This document shows positions 63,966-64,000 of a stretch of 64,000 nucleotides of DNA, in pieces. How positions within the stretch are numbered: position 1 is the stretch's first letter; the number at the start of each line of letters is the position of its first letter. Below the pieces are notes generated by a model. That model was not told the DNA's origin. It did not search any database and worked only from the letters and a program-made list of their open reading frames with translations. The DNA lies in contig NW_024704742.1 of the NCBI RefSeq assembly GCF_018977255.1, positions 101,434,001-101,498,000 on the forward strand. The letters run 5' to 3'. The position numbers and the translations under genes are program-made. The stretch comes from Callorhinchus milii. Taxonomy: Eukaryota.

Positions 63966-64000
63966 CTGGAAAACAGAATTGAATTCCCTTTTAGAGATGA

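Noticed and set aside
1..64000. CRISPR array or prokaryotic system
   Set aside because: No regularly spaced direct repeats and no operon-like ORFs; the sequence is eukaryotic and retroelement-rich.

Overview
AT-rich vertebrate genomic DNA. The repeat content suggests a cartilaginous fish, possibly a chimaera; this is inferred, not proven. No intact protein-coding gene, RNA gene or CRISPR array is visible. Much of the window is retroelement debris: L2 LINE 3' fragments, CR1 fragments, a young tRNA-Ala-headed SINE sharing its tail with L2, older Deu-type SINEs, palindromic MITE-like relics and one R4-like endonuclease fragment. The main hidden signal lies between the repeats. About 20 GT-AG-bounded minus-strand segments run from ~64 kb down to ~20.7 kb. 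Hand translation through their stops and frameshifts gives protein-kinase subdomain-like motifs in canonical order, repeated 5 to 7 times. I read this as a decayed multi-exon gene encoding a tandem array of tyrosine-kinase/TKL-like domains. A weaker set of plus-strand decayed exon candidates lies at 2.7-15 kb, and several local inverted duplications are present. All protein similarities were judged by eye and need HMM confirmation.
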